IMG/VR virus record: IMGVR_UViG_3300031134_000466
Reading direction: 5' to 3' (one strand)
Source of the DNA: a virus
Taxonomy: Duplodnaviria; Heunggongvirae; Uroviricota; Caudoviricetes
DNA: 64,000 nt
Part shown: positions 37,520 through 48,655 of the stretch, piece by piece
How positions within the stretch are numbered: the stretch's first letter is position 1
Layout: the number at the start of each line of letters is the position of its first letter
Translations under genes and position numbers: made by a program
The notes under the pieces: generated by a model
Databases searched by the model: none
Told to the model about the DNA's origin: nothing
What the model saw: the letters and a program-made list of their open reading frames with translations, nothing else

Positions 37520-38231
37520 TAAGATAACTAAAACCCTACAATGGGTGACACTTGCAGTAACTATGAGCTTCATCCTCTGGCTCATATTCACAGGTAAGCT
37601 GTCATTGTTCATTCATCCTCGATATAACCTCTTCACCGCCATCATGGTTATTCTGGGAGCAGCTTTAGTGACAATAAGCTTTACTAAGAAGCAACCTTCA
37701 GGACATGAACATCAGCATGATGAGAAAAAGAACCCAAAACAGAAGCTGGTGATTGCTGCAATCGTTTTGGTAGCCACTTCCAGCATGTTCGTTGTCGCCC
37801 CAGGAGCTTTATCTTCCACCTTTGCTTCAGATAAAGTTGTCAACGGAGGGGTAGTGTCCACAAATCAAGACCTTGCTAATCCTGAAGGAGACTACCAAGA
37901 TTTTACTGTCAAAGACTGGGCTTTACTTGCCGAATCTGACATCAAGTATGAGTTCACAGGAAAAGAAGTCGATTTAGTAGGATTTGTTGTTCCCATTGAT
38001 GAAAACAATTTCTACTTGTCTCGATTTGTTGTGTACTGCTGTGCTGTTGACGCCCAACCAGTTGGTGTGCCAGTACATCAAGAGAATTGGCAGCAAGATT
38101 TCCAAGAAAATGATTGGGTTGAAGTGAAAGGGGAGTTCAGTGATACTACAAGTAACAGCGGTTATCAAGCTGAGCTCATCCCTGTTCGTGTTACTAAAAC
38201 TGTAGAACCAGAGGCTCCTTATGAGTACTGA
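37509..38231 (+). CDS. TIGR03943-like membrane protein (partner of the DUF318 permease)
   Basis: 2 TM N-terminus; C-terminal VVYCCAVD Cys-Cys motif; overlaps the permease gene. Confidence 0.55.
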   Translation: MSLDKITKTLQWVTLAVTMSFILWLIFTGKLSLFIHPRYNLFTAIMVILGAALVTISFTKKQPSGHEHQHDEKKNPKQKLVIAAIVLVATSSMFVVAPGALSSTFASDKVVNGGVVSTNQDLANPEGDYQDFTVKDWALLAESDIKYEFTGKEVDLVGFVVPIDENNFYLSRFVVYCCAVDAQPVGVPVHQENWQQDFQENDWVEVKGEFSDTTSNSGYQAELIPVRVTKTVEPEAPYEY

Positions 38232-39276
38232 ACAAACCAAATCTCAGCATAGTCTAAACCGCAGTATAGTGGTGTCATTGTTACTCGTCCTGGCGTTAGT
38301 TGCTGCTTTGTTCGTCAAAGATGGCATCGCTCAGCAAACAAAAGTAAACAATGTTGACGGCTACTATTTAGCTGATTCCTCTTTCTACCATCAAAAAGGA
38401 ACCAACCCAGGTGAGGAAGTCTACTCTGGTCCAGAGTCAATTCTTTCTTTTTCATTGACTCATTCACATGCGTTACTCGTTACCTCTGCCCAGAAGATAC
38501 TACTTGTAGATTTAGCTTCAGGTAAATCTGAGGACATCACTACTCCTGGTTGTTCTGTACTTCAGACCAGCTCTGCATTCGACAGGTATTTTGTGTACCT
38601 AAACTCTTGCGATACAGACACAACAGCCCAACGTTTTGTTTCATATGACACTCAAACGAATAAGGAAACAACAACAGAAGTACAAGCATCCTCACAATGG
38701 CAAGTGAACCCTAAAACAGGAAACGTTGTATACCAGGCTGGTTTGACCAGTACTGTTTATTCAGGAAACATGGATAAGTCTGGCCAATGGCAACCGTTTG
38801 TGCAGTTAGGTCAGATGGGTTATCTCGGAGGTTTCTACAACAAAGGGAACACTTTGTTCTTATGGGGAACCGAAGCTGATGCTTCAACCCCAATCTCGTA
38901 TAACCTAAACGACTTGAATACTGTGAAGCTAGTTTTACCTGAAGCTGCAGATTCTAAAACACAGATAGCGTCAGGAACAACTGCTATTGATAGAACCAGT
39001 ATTTTGTGGGCTGTGACCGCTTATTCTCCAGAAGAAGATGCATATTACGAGTACGTCATCAAAGACACAAATCTTGGAGCTACTTTACTGGTTGACTTAT
39101 CTACTCTCGGGTATACGTTAGGTAACCGATTATCGTATGATGCAAAGAATGATGTAGTTGCAATTCCGGTGACACAGTACAACGGCGGGGATGTGTCTAC
39201 ACTGTTTGCTGATGCAGAAACAGGAAAAATTCTTTACCAGTTGCAGTTCACTACAGCGTTTCAATTTGCACCTTAA
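38221..39276 (+). CDS. Membrane-anchored beta-rich hypothetical protein
   Basis: N-terminal TM helix; start overlaps the upstream stop. Confidence 0.5.
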   Translation: MSTEQTKSQHSLNRSIVVSLLLVLALVAALFVKDGIAQQTKVNNVDGYYLADSSFYHQKGTNPGEEVYSGPESILSFSLTHSHALLVTSAQKILLVDLASGKSEDITTPGCSVLQTSSAFDRYFVYLNSCDTDTTAQRFVSYDTQTNKETTTEVQASSQWQVNPKTGNVVYQAGLTSTVYSGNMDKSGQWQPFVQLGQMGYLGGFYNKGNTLFLWGTEADASTPISYNLNDLNTVKLVLPEAADSKTQIASGTTAIDRTSILWAVTAYSPEEDAYYEYVIKDTNLGATLLVDLSTLGYTLGNRLSYDAKNDVVAIPVTQYNGGDVSTLFADAETGKILYQLQFTTAFQFAP

Positions 39277-39279
39277 ATT

Positions 39280-39324
39280 ATGAAAGCCGACCCGACAGAA
39301 ATTCTTTGTCAGGTCGGCTTTCAT
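39280..39324. terminator. Bidirectional hairpin terminator
   Basis: atgaaagccgacc/ggtcggctttcat. Confidence 0.6.
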
Positions 39325-39327
39325 AAT

Positions 39328-40449
39328 TCAGTCAGCAGTTTTTCCGTTCAAGTTCCAGAATGGCTTCTCAAACTCAGGCTGAATCATTTTCCAGATGATG
39401 TCAGAGATTTTCTTCTCAGACCTGGTATCAAAATGACCTCCGCTGTGACGAGAGAATAACAAACCAGTAATGCGTTTGTCTTCTTTCTGTACAGCTGCAG
39501 CGTAGTCCTTCTGAGTGTATCCTTCAGGAAGTTCAGAAAGAATACGGTTGTAAGTTTCCTCAACTGTTGCACGCAATTCAGCATGCTCTGCAAGTAGTCG
39601 GTCACGAGTTGTTTCGACATACTCAACGAACTCATCAGGGAGACCAACAATCCATGAAGTGAAGTCACCGTCAGCTACAAGCAGCTCCCAGATGCGACGC
39701 GAAGAAGCACCTGTGATGACACGGTGAAGCTGAACGTAGTCATCCTGTTTCACTTTCACTCGAACATCACTATCCAGGAAGTGAACAACAACGCCTTCTT
39801 TGTTCTCACGACCAGGAGCGGCCAAAGCTTCAGTAAGGCTGTTGTATTCAAACTGCTCAACCTTCAACCAAGTCCATTCATCAACCTGTGATGCTGGTAC
39901 AGAGCGACCTGTTGCTGTGTTCACTCGGGCAATCAAGATGAGGTCATCCAAATCACCGTAGTTAACAACGATACGGTTTGTAGGGTAGATGATTTCCCAG
40001 ATGTAAGTTTCACCAGCAAGTGGCTCCCATTTTCCGTCGTACAGCTCCTGGTAACGTGCTGTGGCATGCAGAGCCTGCTCAGAGCTGAATGAACCTCGTG
40101 TGGAGATGTTCAGTCGACCAGTTTCAGGGTTTACATATGAAACACCCATAGAACCATCTGCTTTGTCTGTGACAACGATAGGTCCAGTCAGTGCATCCTG
40201 AGGAACATCTGGTTCGCCGTGGTTAAAGAACTTACCAAGAGGGCGGGAGACAATCTCCTGGGTGGAACCGTCAACGATAAGTCCTCGTGAAGCTAATGTT
40301 GCAGCGTTCCAGGCTCGGTCAAACTGGCATACCTGTGAGTAGTCAAAGATAGCCAGGTCAAGCGTAGGGTGAACCTGACGATTGATGTGCTTGTTCTGGA
40401 ATTCAGCTGCCCAAAGTTCAGCAGGAGCGATATCGTAAATGTGTACCAT
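39328..40449 (-). CDS. ATP-dependent RNA ligase, paralogue 1
   Basis: Nucleotidyltransferase motif I VTDKADGSMG (KxDG); shared block LASRGLIVDG...RPLGKFFNHGEPDVP with the ligase at 54122. Confidence 0.75.
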   Translation of the reverse strand: MVHIYDIAPAELWAAEFQNKHINRQVHPTLDLAIFDYSQVCQFDRAWNAATLASRGLIVDGSTQEIVSRPLGKFFNHGEPDVPQDALTGPIVVTDKADGSMGVSYVNPETGRLNISTRGSFSSEQALHATARYQELYDGKWEPLAGETYIWEIIYPTNRIVVNYGDLDDLILIARVNTATGRSVPASQVDEWTWLKVEQFEYNSLTEALAAPGRENKEGVVVHFLDSDVRVKVKQDDYVQLHRVITGASSRRIWELLVADGDFTSWIVGLPDEFVEYVETTRDRLLAEHAELRATVEETYNRILSELPEGYTQKDYAAAVQKEDKRITGLLFSRHSGGHFDTRSEKKISDIIWKMIQPEFEKPFWNLNGKTAD

Positions 40450-40536
40450 GATGGTTCTTTCGTTAGATCAGTATTTCATCAACGATAGCAGAAGACAGGT
40501 CTCCAAGTCAACTAATATGCATCCGATTGTTTAGAG

Positions 40537-40809
40537 ATGGATGTTAGAAGAATGAGCGTTACTGATTTAGTAGCGATTGTCGTGGCTGCGGGCAAAAAAC
40601 CTCGACATGCTCAAAATGTTTTGCTTCGTCATGTTGTTACTGAACAGGTTGCTGTTACTTCCGATCATTACATTGAAGACAGTGAAGGCTCAGTATCAAC
40701 AATGCTATTGTTCTTTTTTGCTAAGTATAAGATTGATTACGATAAGCTCATCGATCATCCGGAGTTGAGTTTCGAAATCAAACAAAGGCTTTATCAACTT
40801 ACGGTATAA
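40537..40809 (+). CDS. Hypothetical protein
   Basis: ORF only. Confidence 0.4.
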   Translation: MDVRRMSVTDLVAIVVAAGKKPRHAQNVLLRHVVTEQVAVTSDHYIEDSEGSVSTMLLFFFAKYKIDYDKLIDHPELSFEIKQRLYQLTV

Positions 40810-40813
40810 AAGA

Positions 40814-41173
40814 TTGGTTATGACGTTTATGAATACTACAACACTATGGCGCCCAGTAGGACCAAAAGAACTGGAACTAATAGCTCAGACTGGATTTACC
40901 CATTTCCCACCCAGATTACCAGAACAACCCATTTTTTATCCTGTGCTGAATCAGGAATACGCAGTAAAGATTGCTAAAGAATGGAACGTAAAACATGATG
41001 GTGCTGGTTATGTGAGCGAATTCCAAGTAGAAACCAGCTTTTTGTCTAATTACCCTATCCAGCAAGCTGGAGGTAGAACCATTCTCGAATATTGGATACC
41101 TGCAGAGGATTTAGATGCTTTCAACGATTCGATAGTGGGTATTATTAAAATCGTCAACACTTTTCTTTCTTGA
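40814..41173 (+). CDS. Hypothetical protein
   Basis: ORF with a hairpin terminator at its 3' end (around 41166-41212). Confidence 0.45.
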   Translation: MVMTFMNTTTLWRPVGPKELELIAQTGFTHFPPRLPEQPIFYPVLNQEYAVKIAKEWNVKHDGAGYVSEFQVETSFLSNYPIQQAGGRTILEYWIPAEDLDAFNDSIVGIIKIVNTFLS

Positions 41174-41293
41174 AACCTTTATGTTGTAGTTTTTTACAGA
41201 TACTACAACATAAGGAACCGCCTAATTTGCTTGTCATTGAAATATAATGTAAGCTGGTGCTAACGTTCAAAATACGGAAAGATTACTGTTATT

Positions 41294-42706
41294 ATGCCAA
41301 TTGGTCAAAAAATTGTAGGAGTAGCTGTAGCAGCTACAGTTTCATTAAGTGCGGTAGCTTTTGTGGCTTCTCCAGCACTTGCTGATGAGGCAGCTCCTAC
41401 GACAACACAAGACGTTCCTACGGAAGTAGAAACTGGGACTGAGGGAGTTGCTCCAGCAGCTGACCCTGTTGAGGAAGAAGTACCTGCTCCTGAGGTTGCA
41501 GTACCAGAAGAGACTGAACCTGAAGTAGTTGTTCCATCTGAAGAAGCACCAGTAGAAGAAGTACCTACTGAAGAAGCACCTGTTGAAGAAGTTCCTGTCG
41601 AAGAGGTCCCTGCAGAGGAAAATGCTTTGGTAGCAACAACATTTGCTTTGACTTTTGGTGGTGACACATCAACTGTTCCTGAAAACCTGACACTTGAAGT
41701 TCACTATACTTCTTTGGTGAATGATGAAGTGCAGGATAATGTTGTTTACCTAACCCGCGATGTCCCTCCTACTGCCATTGACATCCCTGAAGGTTCTACA
41801 GTTCAGGTTTCAGTAACTGGTTTACCTGACATCGAAAACACAACACTAAACCCAGTTGTTCTGCTCAATGGGAATCCTTTGCCTGCTGATGGTGTTACAT
41901 TAGTGTCTGGTGAAGTGTATGATTTTTCTGTAGCTATTGATGCAGTAACAGAAAACCCTGCACCTTCAGACGCTCCTGCTATTCAGCAGGATGAAGCTCT
42001 TCCTGTTGATGTAGAAAACCTTATTTCTGTAAATGCTGCAGTTGCTTTCCCTGGTGACACTATAACTGTTTCTGCTTCAAGCGTTGCTACTCCTGAATCT
42101 TGGGTTTCAGTATGGCTTCATTCCACTCCTGTGCTTCTCGCTGGTTGGGTTCAGACTGACGTGAATGGAAACATTGATGTCACAATTCCAGCAGGTACCG
42201 AAACTGGTGAACACCGTATTGTTGTGTCTGACGCAGACAACAACATTGTAGGTTGGACAAGCATTCTTGTTGTCAACCAGGATGATGAAGTTATCGTTCC
42301 TGGAGAAGACCCTGAAACCCCTGTAGACCCTGAAACGCCTACAGACCCTACCCTTCCTGTGGACCCTACAACTCCTACTGACCCAGAAGTGCCAGTTACT
42401 CCTACAAACCCAGATGCAGGAGTAACTCCTGAGACTGAACCAGAAACAACTCCTCGTGACCCTTCTTCTGGCGGAGTATCCATCATTCCTGAGGAAGAGT
42501 TCAACACTGGAGGTTACGACAATGATGAGTTGGGTAACGTAACAGACCGTGGTGACCGCTCAGACATTAACACCAGAGCTTTGGCTTACACTGGTTCTGA
42601 CTCCAACTCCACGGTGTTCCTCACCTTCATGGGTGGTCTCATGTTGATTGGTGGTTTCGTCCTCCGCAGACTTCCTCGTCTGCGTGCTGCACGTCGCAAT
42701 AGCTGA
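41294..42706 (+). CDS. Sortase-anchored cell-wall surface protein (LAXTG sorting signal) with a Glu/Pro/Val-rich stalk and PT-rich linker
   Basis: Signal peptide; EEVPxEEAP repeats; C-terminal LAYTG motif, hydrophobic helix, RRLPRLRAARRNS tail. Confidence 0.7.
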   Translation: MPIGQKIVGVAVAATVSLSAVAFVASPALADEAAPTTTQDVPTEVETGTEGVAPAADPVEEEVPAPEVAVPEETEPEVVVPSEEAPVEEVPTEEAPVEEVPVEEVPAEENALVATTFALTFGGDTSTVPENLTLEVHYTSLVNDEVQDNVVYLTRDVPPTAIDIPEGSTVQVSVTGLPDIENTTLNPVVLLNGNPLPADGVTLVSGEVYDFSVAIDAVTENPAPSDAPAIQQDEALPVDVENLISVNAAVAFPGDTITVSASSVATPESWVSVWLHSTPVLLAGWVQTDVNGNIDVTIPAGTETGEHRIVVSDADNNIVGWTSILVVNQDDEVIVPGEDPETPVDPETPTDPTLPVDPTTPTDPEVPVTPTNPDAGVTPETEPETTPRDPSSGGVSIIPEEEFNTGGYDNDELGNVTDRGDRSDINTRALAYTGSDSNSTVFLTFMGGLMLIGGFVLRRLPRLRAARRNS

Positions 42707-42720
42707 GAATAGCAAATAAG

Positions 42721-42751
42721 AAAAACCTGAGTCACCACGACTCAGGTTTTT
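42721..42751 (+). terminator. Hairpin terminator
   Basis: aaaaacctgagtc/gactcaggttttt. Confidence 0.6.
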
Positions 42752-42792
42752 CTTATTTAATTTGTCTTATCCCCCAAAATGGTGTACTATGA

Positions 42793-44685
<1,893 letters not shown>

Positions 44686-44700
44686 TTTCTGAGATACTCT

Positions 44701-44797
44701 GAAAGGGACGCTACTGTGATAATGGTAGCGTCCCTTTCAGATTGCATTTAAACGATAAAGTAGAAAGGCCCTGACTAAAGAGTCAGGGCCTTTCTAC
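44701..44797. terminator. Two tandem hairpins after dnaK (44701-44738 and 44760-44797)
   Basis: gaaagggacgctac/gtagcgtccctttc and gtagaaaggccctgac/gtcagggcctttctac. Confidence 0.6.
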
Positions 44798-45427
44798 TTA
44801 GTTCTTTTTAGCTATGTATTCCCAGGTGATGATACCTTTTTCACAAGTCAGAACATAATGGCTATTGTACCATTCTCCACCTGCGTTGTAGTTATATTCA
44901 TGATAACCAGTTGTGTATCCTTTTGCTACCCATGTGTCTGCAGATGGAGGAACATCTTGATGAGGTCGAGCGTCAGAAGGCTGGAAGCTTTGTACCTGAT
45001 TGATTCGTAACTTCAATTCCTTATGAAGTTCTTCGAACTTGATAGCGACAGACTTACGTCCCTGTTCATCTTCATTCACATACAGAGAAGTATCACTTTC
45101 GTTCCAACCATTGCTGTCACCTAACATGCTCAGGCGGTAAGAAATAACCACAGTAACCTGAAGTTCTGCTCCTGTGCGTTGAGCTTCAAAGATTTCATCT
45201 AAAGTCAATGCAGTGACTACTCGTGTAGCTTCAGGAACTGGGATAAGCTTAGCCCATTCGCCATGAGCGTAATGAGCAAGTTCTCTTTTAGGTAATGTGC
45301 CGAGGACATCAGCTATTTTAGCTGGTCGTTTGTTCGTTTCTTTAGCCATTAGGTGTTTCAACCATTCTGTCTTGGTATCCAAGTATATCAAACAAATTAG
45401 GTAAAAGGCATAAATAGTGTGGAACAA
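44798..45427 (-). CDS. Hypothetical protein
   Basis: ORF only. Confidence 0.5.
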   Translation of the reverse strand: MFHTIYAFYLICLIYLDTKTEWLKHLMAKETNKRPAKIADVLGTLPKRELAHYAHGEWAKLIPVPEATRVVTALTLDEIFEAQRTGAELQVTVVISYRLSMLGDSNGWNESDTSLYVNEDEQGRKSVAIKFEELHKELKLRINQVQSFQPSDARPHQDVPPSADTWVAKGYTTGYHEYNYNAGGEWYNSHYVLTCEKGIITWEYIAKKN

Positions 45428-45511
45428 AGAAATGGCATAGTTCGGCCTGGGTCATCACCATTGTGTTACAATTGACCTGTACAACACCAATAAAGCGTAA
45501 CAGGAGTTACC

Positions 45512-46171
45512 ATGGACAACATTAAAGTAGAAGCTAACGGTAAATGGGTCAAGCTGGTAGAAAAAGCAGCATATGATGCACCTCCTACGTGGCATTTGGA
45601 AACCCCAGAGGGCGAGTTCCATATTTCTGTACCTATGCAGTCCACTCAGTTTGAATTGGTAAAACAATACCAGCGTGTATATGACAGTCAGAAAGATATA
45701 GGAATTCCTATTGCTGACGACTTAATGGTTGAGTTAGTTGAATCCGACTGGGGTTTTGTCGGTAACGAAGATGATGTATGGAAGTTCATCTTTACTTCTG
45801 TTGGTTATGACCAGAAGAATCTGATTGAGGACAAAGCAGAGCTGAAAGAACTGGTTCAGGATGCAGCTGAGCAGTTAGAAATCCTCAAACATGATGTTGA
45901 AGCCTCTGCTATCAGCTTCGACCCTGAAGTTGACACTAACACTGGCGATTTCTTTGAGTTTACATCTGCAACATTGAGTGATATGACAAAGCTACTTGCT
46001 GAAACTAAAAAGTCTTTGAAGCGTTACAAGGTACTTTTAGAAGCAGCTGAAAGATGGGTAGCTAAAGAATCGATGGGCCTGAACTGGACTAACGAGACAT
46101 TCCTTAGTAACTATGGTGAAACTCCTGAAGCTAAAAGGCTAATGGCTACGTACGAAGCACACCAAAAGTAG
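45512..46171 (+). CDS. Hypothetical acidic protein
   Basis: ORF only. Confidence 0.5.
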   Translation: MDNIKVEANGKWVKLVEKAAYDAPPTWHLETPEGEFHISVPMQSTQFELVKQYQRVYDSQKDIGIPIADDLMVELVESDWGFVGNEDDVWKFIFTSVGYDQKNLIEDKAELKELVQDAAEQLEILKHDVEASAISFDPEVDTNTGDFFEFTSATLSDMTKLLAETKKSLKRYKVLLEAAERWVAKESMGLNWTNETFLSNYGETPEAKRLMATYEAHQK

Positions 46172-46365
46172 CGAACAACATACCAAAAAGTTGTCAGAGT
46201 GGAGTAAAGATGGTAGACTTGTCTCAGTTGGCGATAACAGTCGCCCGTCTCAAGTGGTTACTCCTACGCGGTTTCGCTGTTGAGAGCAAGGTCCCGAGGA
46301 TTCTGTTATCTCACCATCATTCTATTTGACGGTTGAGCGTAGGTTGACTGTCAGAAAATAGGTAA

Positions 46366-47154
46366 ATGATGACTACAAACAGTTTCCAGAAAAAAGCCAT
46401 TCGTGAACGAATGAAGCACACTGGTGAACCGTACCTCGAAGCTTCCCGCCAGCTTTATGGAACCTCTGACAAGTTTCCTACTCCATGGTCTGAACTCAAT
46501 AAAGTTTTGGACGGTGGACTAAGAAAAGGTTCAGTTACTCTTCTTGGCTCTGGACCAGGAGGAGGTGCCACAAGCACAGCTATCAGCATCGCAGAAGGTG
46601 CTAAAAATAAGAGAGCTTTGTATGTTTCCTCGGAAATCTATGGACAAGAATTTCGCACTTTGGACAGTAAGCGGGATGATGATTCTTCTGACCTTATTTT
46701 CATCTACATCGGGCGAGAACAGTTTGGTAACTTAGTCGGCTCTTTGAAAGGGATGGTGTCATCAGTACATGACATCAAAGATGAACCTGATGTCGAGCTT
46801 ATTGTTATTGACTCTTTCGACTTTCTGACTCCTGAACTGCCTACGGTCCAAGAAGCAGCTGCTATGTCTGCTCAAATTAAGAAAATGGCTATCGAGCTTA
46901 ACCTTCCAGTAGTTCTTCTTACTCATTTGAGTACACAATCTGCACACGAAAAAAACCACTTCAGACATTCTTCTGATTTGGTCCAAGACTCTGATGTAAT
47001 ACTCACCTCTCATGTTGAAGGAGAGGGTGTCAACTTAGTTGTTCGCAAAAACAGATTCGGGGACTACGGTCAAAAGATTGCTTTAGATTGGGACAAAAAG
47101 AACTGCTTAATGACATCGAAAAAGTCTACTAATAACTCCTCAGAAACCAACTGA
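46366..47154 (+). CDS. RecA-fold (DnaB-C / KaiC / RadA-like) protein with a degenerate Walker A
   Basis: TLLGSGPGGGATS replaces GxxxxGK(S/T); Walker-B-like LIVIDSFD. Confidence 0.5.
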   Translation: MMTTNSFQKKAIRERMKHTGEPYLEASRQLYGTSDKFPTPWSELNKVLDGGLRKGSVTLLGSGPGGGATSTAISIAEGAKNKRALYVSSEIYGQEFRTLDSKRDDDSSDLIFIYIGREQFGNLVGSLKGMVSSVHDIKDEPDVELIVIDSFDFLTPELPTVQEAAAMSAQIKKMAIELNLPVVLLTHLSTQSAHEKNHFRHSSDLVQDSDVILTSHVEGEGVNLVVRKNRFGDYGQKIALDWDKKNCLMTSKKSTNNSSETN

Positions 47155-47200
47155 CGTTAGATATAGTAGTGCAGGTAAAACTGTGTTATCTAACTCCTTT

Positions 47201-47232
47201 ATTGCGCCGCCTTCTCACTGAGGCGGCGCAAT
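47201..47232 (+). terminator. Hairpin terminator
   Basis: attgcgccgcct/aggcggcgcaat. Confidence 0.6.
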
Positions 47233-47248
47233 TGGTTAAATTGCCGAC

Positions 47249-47668
47249 ATGAAGAAAACAAGCTATAATCATTGCATGCTCCCTGAAGGTATAATCACCC
47301 ATCGTAAGATCATTCAACTGCAATTTACTGATATTGCAGGCGATAATTACAGTATTGCTCAAATGGATGACAGCAATGCAGCTGTTGGACATTGCGAAGA
47401 TGTTTCCAGAACCATTCTCAACTCAGGTCTTCTTGAAAATGCTGAGTTAGTAAGTGTCGAAGCTCTCACAGGGAGTGAAGTCTGGTGGCATGTAGCGGTA
47501 GGTATCACTGATCCTGTTTCAGAAGAGCTCACAGTGTACGACTACACTGCACGTCAATTCAGTGCTAATTTGCCTTTCCCTTTAATTCAGCATTATGACA
47601 CATGGGTAAACACCATTGAAACACACGCTAAGAAAGGAACGCTGGCTTTCAGCGAACTCGTATGGTAA
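47249..47668 (+). CDS. Hypothetical protein
   Basis: ORF only. Confidence 0.45.
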   Translation: MKKTSYNHCMLPEGIITHRKIIQLQFTDIAGDNYSIAQMDDSNAAVGHCEDVSRTILNSGLLENAELVSVEALTGSEVWWHVAVGITDPVSEELTVYDYTARQFSANLPFPLIQHYDTWVNTIETHAKKGTLAFSELVW

Positions 47669-48114
47669 ACATGACCCCAACACTTGACTTGAAAGAAAGT
47701 TTCACAGTCCAACGCTTCTACTCTGAGCTGAAAAGGCTAATCAGTTCTTTGGAAGCTGGCACACCAGTTACTGATGACGAGCGTATTTGGCTTATCGTGT
47801 TGAATGCAGGACTTGATAACTTCCAAGGCAGTTTCTATGCAGCAGAAGAACCTCAGCCAGACACTGTAGAAAACTGGTTACTTTTTGCGAACAACATTCA
47901 GATTAGCTTGTACGCATTATCCGATGAACAAGGATGGTTCTTCTTTAGAACAGGAACTCCAGGTGCAACGGTAAAAGAACTGCTCAAGTCTGAAGTGTCA
48001 TCCAACCTTCTTTCATCTACTGATTGGGATGCTTTGGTGTCCCAGCTGGAGAATGATGAGAGTAACGAAATGTTTATCGATGGCGAAGTGTACGTTTGTA
48101 ACGTGCGGTTCTAA
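47662..48114 (+). CDS. Hypothetical protein
   Basis: ORF overlapping the upstream stop. Confidence 0.45.
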   Translation: MVNMTPTLDLKESFTVQRFYSELKRLISSLEAGTPVTDDERIWLIVLNAGLDNFQGSFYAAEEPQPDTVENWLLFANNIQISLYALSDEQGWFFFRTGTPGATVKELLKSEVSSNLLSSTDWDALVSQLENDESNEMFIDGEVYVCNVRF

Positions 48115-48133
48115 GAATCCGATATAGGTCGAC

Positions 48134-48655
48134 ATGAATAAACTTGTAGTTGCCTGTGATGGTTCATGCCTAAAAAATCCAGGCGGCGCAATTGGATGGT
48201 CCTGGGCGGACAGCAAAGGACGCTGGCAAGCAAACGGTTTACCCACCGGGACAAACCAGGTAGCTGAACTTATTGGGTTATTGTCTGTCCTTTACGCTTT
48301 TCCTAATACAGACCTTCACATCAAAATTGACTCACGTTACGCTATGGACATCTCAACCAAATGGATGTTTACCTGGAAGAAGAATGGTTGGTGGCGTGAC
48401 ACTCAGCAGACAAAAGCAGTTAGCAACCTCACCCACGTGAAAGCTCTTTATGAAGCTCTTCGAATTAGAAAAAAGAAGAACCTTGTAACAACATTCGAAT
48501 GGGTGAAAGGCCATGCTTCTGACACTTTGAACAACAAAGCCGACAAAGAAGCTCAAGCAGCTGCCAGGCGAGTCAAAGCCGGCAAACTAGCGTATGCTGA
48601 CTCAGCAAAGAACACAACTTCTGAACGACAAACAAGAATGTTAGAAACCCTGTGA
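48134..48655 (+). CDS. rnhA: Ribonuclease HI
   Basis: CDGSCLKNPGG, TNQVAEL, and a C-terminal His/Asp. Confidence 0.8.
   Translation: MNKLVVACDGSCLKNPGGAIGWSWADSKGRWQANGLPTGTNQVAELIGLLSVLYAFPNTDLHIKIDSRYAMDISTKWMFTWKKNGWWRDTQQTKAVSNLTHVKALYEALRIRKKKNLVTTFEWVKGHASDTLNNKADKEAQAAARRVKAGKLAYADSAKNTTSERQTRMLETL

Noticed and set aside
40814-41173. 119-aa protein considered as a candidate ADP-ribose-processing (macro/DarT/NADAR-like) partner of the ART and PARP genes
   Set aside because: No diagnostic motif could be recognised by eye. It is left as hypothetical; HHpred is needed.
46200-46330. Possible tRNA or tRNA-like element in the intergenic region before the RecA-like gene (GATAACAG ... CTGTTATC complementarity, GGTCCCGAGGATTC T-arm-like segment)
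   Set aside because: No canonical cloverleaf could be built (no proper D-arm, anticodon arm or T-loop, and spacing is wrong). It is likely just a structured 5' UTR. tRNAscan-SE would settle it.
47221-48194. Exact 15-mer aggcggcgcaattgg repeated at 47221 and 48180
   Set aside because: One to two exact 15-mer matches are expected by chance in 64 kb. One copy is part of a terminator stem and the other lies inside rnhA coding sequence, so there is no repeat-family context.
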